DNA of 64,000 nucleotides, taken from positions 51,894,001 to 51,958,000 of the forward strand of contig OX597830.1 in NCBI GenBank assembly GCA_951406725.2, given 5' to 3'. Positions within the stretch are counted from its first letter, which is position 1. Each line of letters starts with the position of its first letter. The stretch comes from Octopus vulgaris. Lineage: Eukaryota. The notes under the pieces are model-generated. The model saw nothing but the letters and a program-made list of their open reading frames with translations, was not told where the DNA came from and ran no database searches. The translations under genes and the position numbers were made by a program. Below, in pieces: positions 57,290 to 64,000 of the stretch.

Positions 57290-58520
57290 TTTCATTCGGT
57301 TTACTTGTACTTTCTATAGCACGCTGTATACCATTTTCTATAAGTAGAGAAGGGTATTTTTGTTTGAGTAGAAATTCTTTGAGTTCTGCTAGGCGTTTGT
57401 CTCTCGTATTTACATCTTCCACAATGGTACGAATTTTTCTGGTTCGGCAGTATGGGATATTGCGTTTTGTATGTGTTCGATGGCACGATTTAAACTTCAG
57501 GTATTGATGCGTGTCTGTGTGCTTATCTTTATATATAAAAGTGAAGTTGTGTGTTTGTCTCCCACGATTTAGATTCCTAACTACTCCCACATTTTGCGGT
57601 GCAGTGTAACCAAAAGCGGGTATCTTATAGTCGTGATTCATATCGAGCCCTTCTGGGTATTAGCGCGCGTCTACGATGAGTCTACGATTTAAAAAAAAAT
57701 TTACCATCATTTTCCCCATTTTTAATGCATTTTTTTTGCAATTATATAAGGGAAGTAACTCTCTAAATATGTATTATTAAATCTCAGAACGTAAAAAGCT
57801 ACAGTAACACCCACCTTTGTGGTTAGCCATATTGAGATGGCTATTATACTTTACATCTTTAAAAATGCTTATATAGTTATTTCCCTTACAACCCGGAGCA
57901 ACGCCGGGCGATACTGCTAGTTATATATATATATCAGTGGTGACGGCGGCGTCACTTTTAATTACCATTATATCTAGAAATGGTGATTGATACAACTCAT
58001 CTCCTTTGAAAATTGGAGATTTGGGTGCAGATTGTTCAGGGAGATATTAAATTCTTCCAGAGTATCTAAAGATTTTGTCCAGATTATGAAGCAATGCAAT
58101 AGACAAAGTATCTCTTCCATGCATCTTCAATAAACTTTCTAAATTCAGTGCCGTAGTTTTCCTCTACTCTTTGATAGAGTTGTTTTTCTAAGTATCCCAT
58201 TACGGAGTTCCCATAAACGGTAGCATGTCTCGTCCCCATCGCTGTGCCTCTCACTTGAATGTAATTATTTCTATTACAAAAGAATGTTATTATCAAGAAT
58301 AAGTTTGACTTGTCTAATATAACTGTCTTTGTGAATCTACTGGGAAACACTAGTTTTTTTCCACCCAGTATGTAATCGGCTTCATTCCTAAATCATGTAG
58401 AATATTGTTGTAAAGGCTTACTGCATCAAAACTAAGTAAAAATGAATTCGATTCTGTTGTTTTGAGTAGGTGGAACAGGAAGTCAATGTCATCCCGGATG
58501 AAACTGAGTATGTGGGTATA
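57290..58520 (-). mobile_element. Penelope-like element (Neptune-like) RT/thumb fragment, decayed and interrupted by a Helitron
   Basis: SFIRDDIDFL..LSFDAVSLYNNILHD; YIQVRGTAMGT..YGNSVMGYLE..WKRY; KHTDTHQYLKFKSCH..TKRNIPYC..KQKYP. Confidence 0.88.
57526..57920 (+). mobile_element. Non-autonomous Helitron (395 bp)
   Basis: Starts TC, ends CTAG, GC hairpin CCCGG-AGCAACG-CCGGG at 57892-57908, inserted between A and T with no TSD; removal rejoins the PLE IY.KHTD motif. Confidence 0.88.
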
Positions 58521-58574
58521 TAATGACAAATTTGCATTGACGTGGGTAGGGCATACTGGGCCAGCAATTTCGTG

Positions 58575-58698
58575 GAAGTGGTTAAGTCGATTACATCGAC
58601 TCAGATGCTCAGTTGGTACTCATATTATCGATATCGAAAGAATGAAAGGTATAGTTGACCTCGGCGAAATTTCAATGATTCGGCAAGCTCGCCGCCTT
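58575..58698 (-). mobile_element. Diverged SINE family C
   Basis: aagtcgattacatcgac..tgaaagg..gacctcggcg..gctcgccgcctt. Confidence 0.65.
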
Positions 58699-59102
58699 AA
58701 TCATTGTAATGATAATTAAACCAAAACCTGTACTATATTTGGTGATATATTCTGAAAATATCATTAATTAAATGTAAAATTTGTCTCATAATCAAAAATG
58801 ATTGTTGAAATTTATAAATAATTTACTGCTAATTACACTTACAATGTTTTCTTTTTCTGTTTGTCTTTTACGTATCTATCAATAATTTTCTTACACATTT
58901 TGGTAAAACAATTTAGAAAGAATGTTGAACCGAAAATATTCTTACTGCATGAGTTATATAAATTATACACACACACAGCACACACGCACACGCACAGAAA
59001 TAGATATATACATATCTAAATATATACTATGTAATTATATAGATACATAGTGTACATGTGTGTATAGATACATGTGCGTGCGCGTGTGTGTGTGTATGTA
59101 TG

Positions 59103-59187
<85 letters not shown>

Positions 59188-59499
59188 TCCACAAACTGAA
59201 TCCGTTTTAATAAGACATAATGGTGGGTAATTACGAAATGAAGTATAATTATATTTTGAAATCTTTGAGATATTGACGTCAATATTTTCAGAAACGGTTT
59301 CCGCTTGTATTCAATCAGAATTTGCTGATTTCGTGTGGCGTAGAGGTGTAAGAAGGCTGTTGGGGAATCAAGCATAAATACCTTATCGTATTTAATAACT
59401 ACCTGTCTGTTATAAGTTAGACACATTGGATGCTGTGACTTATTTTTACATTAATTAATGACATAGTTGAACGTTATAAATGTATACGAGGGGTGGGGC

Positions 59500-59760
59500 G
59501 AAGAGGAGGAGGAAAGAGAAAAAAGAGGAAAAAGAAGCAGAGGAAGAAGGAGGAGGAGGAGGAGAAGAAGAAGAAGAAGAAGAAGAAGAATGAGTGGAAG
59601 AAGAAGGAGAAGAAGAAGGAGAAGGAGAAGAAGAAGAAGAAGAAGAAGAAGAATGAGTGGAAGAAGAAGGAGAAGAAGAAGAAGAAGAAGAAGAAGAAGA
59701 AGAAGAAGAAGAAGAAGAAGAAGAAGAAGAAGAAGGAGATGAAAAATGAAGAAAAAGAAG
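59500..59760. repeat. (GAA)n tract with a duplicated internal motif
   Basis: atgagtgga interruption occurs twice, 63 bp apart. Confidence 0.95.
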
Positions 59761-60569
59761 GACAACAACAAATAGTGAACGGACTCAATTATCAATAGAT
59801 AGCTTTTATTGATTTTATTGTGATGTAAGGAAAGCATTAATGGTATGAACGTAGCCTGAATACATTTGAATTTAATGAGAATCCCACTATCACTAAATCC
59901 TTTGCACCGACCTACAATGGAATCCCTGCCTGGACCTTTGTGCCGCCGGAACTTACAGCTAAACCTCTTTTTAATTACTCCATATATAAGAGAAGTAATC
60001 CTGAGAAAGCGCTATGTAAACCTGTCCTTGATACTGCAGTACTTTCTTCCTACTTGAGCGCAATCTTGAGCGCAATCTTACGCAATCTTCAGTGGCTCAG
60101 CGAGCTAAGCCGGCTGTGGTGACCAGCAAGCTGTAGGTTATACTTTAGAGCGGGCTTATAACCCATGATAGATTGCTTTATATGGATAATGAACACTACC
60201 AGCATTGGAGTTCCCGGAAGGGAGCCAAAGAGCGTACCGGACCACCTGAGACATCATAACTTAATTTGCTGTCGAGGTTGACTCCCCTAACCTTTTTGTT
60301 TCTCACGGCACTCACAGGACGGTGAATGTTTGAGCGTGTATTTTCTTCCATAATATGCTAATTAACCTATGGCTGGAACCGTGACATGTACTAGTGTTCC
60401 GGGTCAGAATATACCTGAGAAAATGATGGCTAAGAGATGGTCCCACACTCTTCAAAGACCTGGAACTTCCAATCCAGAGACCCAACATTCCATGCAGTTT
60501 CATGTCAAACCCAGGAAAAAAGTAAAGGAAGTAGACACGTGATAGTTTAATCCCAGATAAATTATTTAG

Positions 60570-60637
60570 ATTTAAATTTTAAGAACATTTGAGGCAGTGG
60601 AGCGCTCCACTACCTCAAATGTTCTTAAAATTTAAAT
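60570..60637. repeat. 68-bp palindrome with no spacer and one mismatch
   Basis: Centre agc|gct at 60603/60604; mismatch 60595/60612. Confidence 0.97.
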
Positions 60638-60719
60638 GCACAACTTAGTCAATATATTTACCTTCTTTATAATGTTGCCACTTGATATGAAAATTTTTAT
60701 ATTAATGGAAAACCTCTAT

Positions 60720-60810
60720 AATTAGCTGATGAGTGCTCAGCATTTTAAAACTGTTGTAATACTTACAACATTTAATAAAATGATGTAGTATGAAACGATC
60801 GTACCAAATT
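60720..60810 (+). ncRNA. Type I hammerhead ribozyme motif (stem I eroded)
   Basis: CUGAUGA-GUGCU..CAUUUUA..UAAAAUG..AGUAU-GAAA-CGAUCG-UA; palindromic stem III ACGAUCGU. Confidence 0.72.
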
Positions 60811-60889
60811 ACCGGAGTCATTCTTGTTGCTTATTTTGAGTACATATATATATATATAGATAGATAGATAGATAGATAGATATATAGAT

Positions 60890-61040
60890 ACGACGGGGTC
60901 TTTCAATTGTCGTCTACCAAATTCACTTAAATAGCCTAGGGCCAACGTATAGTAGAAGACACTTACACAAGGTTCCACGCAGTGCGTCTGAACCTGGAAT
61001 CATGTGATTGATAAGCAAACTACTTTCCACACAGCCACTT
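60890..61040 (-). mobile_element. Diverged SINE family A, 5' part
   Basis: cgtctaccaaattcac..agaagacactt..ccacacagccac. Confidence 0.7.
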
Positions 61041-61086
61041 TCATATATTATACATAAAATATAAATACTTATGTACATACATATAC

Positions 61087-61335
61087 GAGGTATGATCAAT
61101 AAGTATCCGGACTGTTGCCATAGTAACGAAGCTAAAGCATGCACAGTAAAGCCTCTTGGGCAAAGATTGAGCTTCAACACTGCTGTGCATGTGCATTAAG
61201 TTTTAACGTTCTAGCTCACTTCCACCGTTTACAGAAGTGCTTGGAAGGAAGGTGTGTAGCGTGTGATCGTCACATTGAGTATGACAGAGGAAGTTTCGAA
61301 GCAGTTATCCATAGTTATCTTCTTTCGCTTTGACT
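61087..61335 (+). mobile_element. Possible mariner-type transposon 5' end
   Basis: TA followed by CGAGGTATGATCAATAAGTATCCGGACT resembles mariner TIRs; no partner TIR or transposase seen. Confidence 0.45.
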
Positions 61336-61639
61336 GTGAAGGAGATATGTTGACCTCTTTGTCCGTACATACTCTTTCTCGTCTGTCCCAAACAATAATA
61401 TTCAGCATGTTGTACTTGGGAATTTTCCACCACTATTCCTTGTGCTGAAATTTGCGCACGTATTCAATAAAAGGAGGATAATCTATATTTACTCCAGGAC
61501 TGCTTTTATTTTTTTTTTTTTATGGCTTTGTATATTGTTTTATGTATGTATGTATATTGAAGTAGAAATGGATATTTATTCATAACATCTCGGTATTCCT
61601 ACGATAACCCTGTCTCTTCAAATCTCCCTGTAGTGTAAA

Positions 61640-61945
61640 AGCTTGGCTTAGTCGTTAGTGTATTTCGCTCAAGATCGTAAGGTCGTAAGTTCGATTCCCA
61701 GTGGCGCGTCATGTCCTTCAGCAAGACACTTTATTTCATGTTGATACAGTCCACACAGTTAGCAAAAGAAAGGAATATCTGTATTTCAAAGGGCCAGTCT
61801 CGTCACTTTCTGTTCCATGCTGAATTTCTCTGAGAACTTCGTTAATGCTACCCGTGTCTATGGAGCGCCCAGCCACCTGCGCGGTAATTTCATGAACAGG
61901 CTGTTCCATTGATCGGATCATCTGGAAACCTCGTTGGAGTGTCAC
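61640..61945 (+). mobile_element. SINE with tRNA head, CORE-like segment and 3' module D
   Basis: tggcttagtcgtta..agttcgattccc, gtccttcagcaagacact, then module D. Confidence 0.7.
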
Positions 61946-62632
61946 ATGCTACCCAGGTTAAAAAGCGTAATTTTGATCCTGTTTGCCACGCTATTATCAA
62001 TACATATGCTTTTCAAACAAGAGGAGTGAAATGCAAGGCGATTTAACTACTATTTCGAGCAGACTGAACAGCCACGTAAAAGACAACCATCATTAGGTGC
62101 ACGAGCATGGAGCCTCATTTGCCGTTGCTTTGTGATTATTGTTAGCAGTTGTTGCTGTTCTTGTTGCGGTTTACAATTTTACTACTGTATAACGGTTGTT
62201 CATAGATTTCTTGTTTTTGTTGCCGTTGCTTTTGTCATGATGTCGGCGCTTCCATGTTTTGCAGAGGTGACGGTCATGTTGTGCTCGTGTGATGATCAGA
62301 CATTAATTGAACTCCAACGATTGCTATCGCCTCCTCTAACAACGATACCATTCTCTGATAGAGGTGATAAACAACAGCCATCTTTGACGTTTTTTTCGCT
62401 CGCTTTACTAAAAGTTGCTTTTATCTGATATTTTCTTTTAACTTCACTAAAAGTTTCTCTTAATTCCGTCTGTCCAGGGATTTCTCGACAGTAATTTGAA
62501 CAACTTAAATCTCAACCTCTTATCTTTAAAACGTAAACTTTTAATTTTAGTCTTAAAATTCCCCTGGAGTCATGGTAATTCAAGCAATCAAGATCTTAGG
62601 AAATACACCGCTTCCTACGGAATTGTGACAGG

Positions 62633-62660
62633 TATAATAATAATAATAATAATAATAATC

Positions 62661-62695
<35 letters not shown>

Positions 62696-62724
62696 CATAA
62701 TAATAATAATAATAATAATAATAA
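62633..62724. repeat. (TAA)n array
   Basis: Direct reading. Confidence 0.99.
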
Positions 62725-64000
62725 TAGGCGCTTACCACAACGCCTGAATAATCCACGAAATAGTGAGAAGAAGAGACTACTACTGCTGAGAGGAATCGAG
62801 AAAGAAAATAAGAAAATAAGTAAATAAGAAGCGAATATTGACCAGCCGTTAATGAAAAACTAACGGATTTAAGCGACTTATACTGTGCAGCTTCTGTTGC
62901 TGTGCAAATTTTAGTAGGGCTCAAACGAAGTCTTGGAAAGTAAATTGAATAGCTCAATAGAGATTTTGGATAGATGCACGCAATCATAAAACAGGAAAGG
63001 AAAAGATACTGGAATGAACCTTAAACGAAGTACATGATACACAAAGGATTGTAGTTAAAGAAGTGACAAGAGGGAAAAGAATCAAAGCCGTGTAAGATTT
63101 AAAACAAATTGATACAGAGAATAAGTAAGTTCCAGCAGAATAAATTCTTCAGGAGCAACGAAAGAAAATTCTATAAACCGCTGCAAAATAGAAAAAGAAA
63201 ATTACGGAAACAATATGCCAAATGCTGAGGCAGCAAGAAAATTTGGGGCAGGGGTTTGGAGCACAGAAGTCCAACATAATGTAAAAGCGGACTGATTGTA
63301 GGAATTCAAAAGAGGAATGGAAGATGGAGTAAAACATGAAATAACATTTTCAGATGAGAAAATGAAAGCGACGATCAAGAAAATATCAAACTTGAAAGTC
63401 CCTGGACCAGATTGTGTTCAGGGATTCTGGCTAAAAAGTCTCCCATGTATGCATAGAAAAAGGAATGCTGGCTGCATAGAAAAAGGAAGACTAGCATAGA
63501 TGACAAAAATAAGGGCAATACTGATTCGGAGGTCAAAAAAAAACAGAGGAAGTCATGAATTATAGACCTATGACATGCTCACCATTACACTGGAAATGAT
63601 TAAATAGTCTCAAGAAGATAAAATAGATAACTTTCTGGACAAGGAGAATTTATTGCAAAAGGGATGTAGAATGAAGTAGGAGGAACTTCTGTAGGATAGT
63701 GACTGAGACTCGAGTAAAAAAAAAAAGAATTTAGCTGTTGGCTTCGTAGATTACAGAAAGGCTTACAGCACTGTTCCACACTGCTGGTTCTGAGAGTATT
63801 TGAGCTCACTCTGAGTTAATGAGAAGATAAACGGCTTTTTTTTTGGGGGGGGGGCAAAAAATCAATGAAAGTGTGGGATATAGGAATAAGATGCATAAAT
63901 GAATCGATAGGTAACGTGAAAATACGTAGCTGTTTATTACAGGGAGACTAGCTTTCTCCATTTCTCTTCGTCATTGTGTTAATACCGCTGACAATTTTAC
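62725..64000 (+). mobile_element. Decayed R4/Dong-clade LINE ORF (runs off window)
   Basis: NLKVPGPDCVQGFWLK; NYRPMTC; VDYRKAYSTVPHCW; QGD*LSPFLFVIVLIPL; begins right after (TAA)n. Confidence 0.85.

Overview
Eukaryotic, AT-rich, extremely microsatellite-dense non-genic (intergenic or intronic) DNA. The repeat landscape (tRNA-derived SINEs with CORE-like segments, dense TA/CA/GATA/TAA arrays) suggests an octopod cephalopod; this is inference only. No host protein-coding gene can be supported, and almost all ORFs in the supplied track are translations of simple repeats. The window is a graveyard of mobile DNA: a Tc1 transposase with an IR/DR end, a CR1/L2-like LINE, Tx1/L1-like LINE 3' ends, two R4/Dong LINE fragments, four Penelope-like element (PLE) coding remnants (two Naiad-like, one Neptune-like, one Poseidon/Penelope-like), a non-autonomous Helitron nested in a PLE, and several SINE families. 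The most notable hidden signal is RNA-structural. At least nine type I hammerhead ribozyme motifs with an intact CUGANGA...GAAA core, plus degenerate copies, occur in about seven unrelated sequence families. Most lie in short PLE terminal-repeat (pLTR)-like units abutting (TA)n, and several sit in or beside inverted repeats. The retroelement clades also appear to partition microsatellite targets: PLE in (TA)n, Tx1 in (GATA)n, R4/Dong at (TAA)n.
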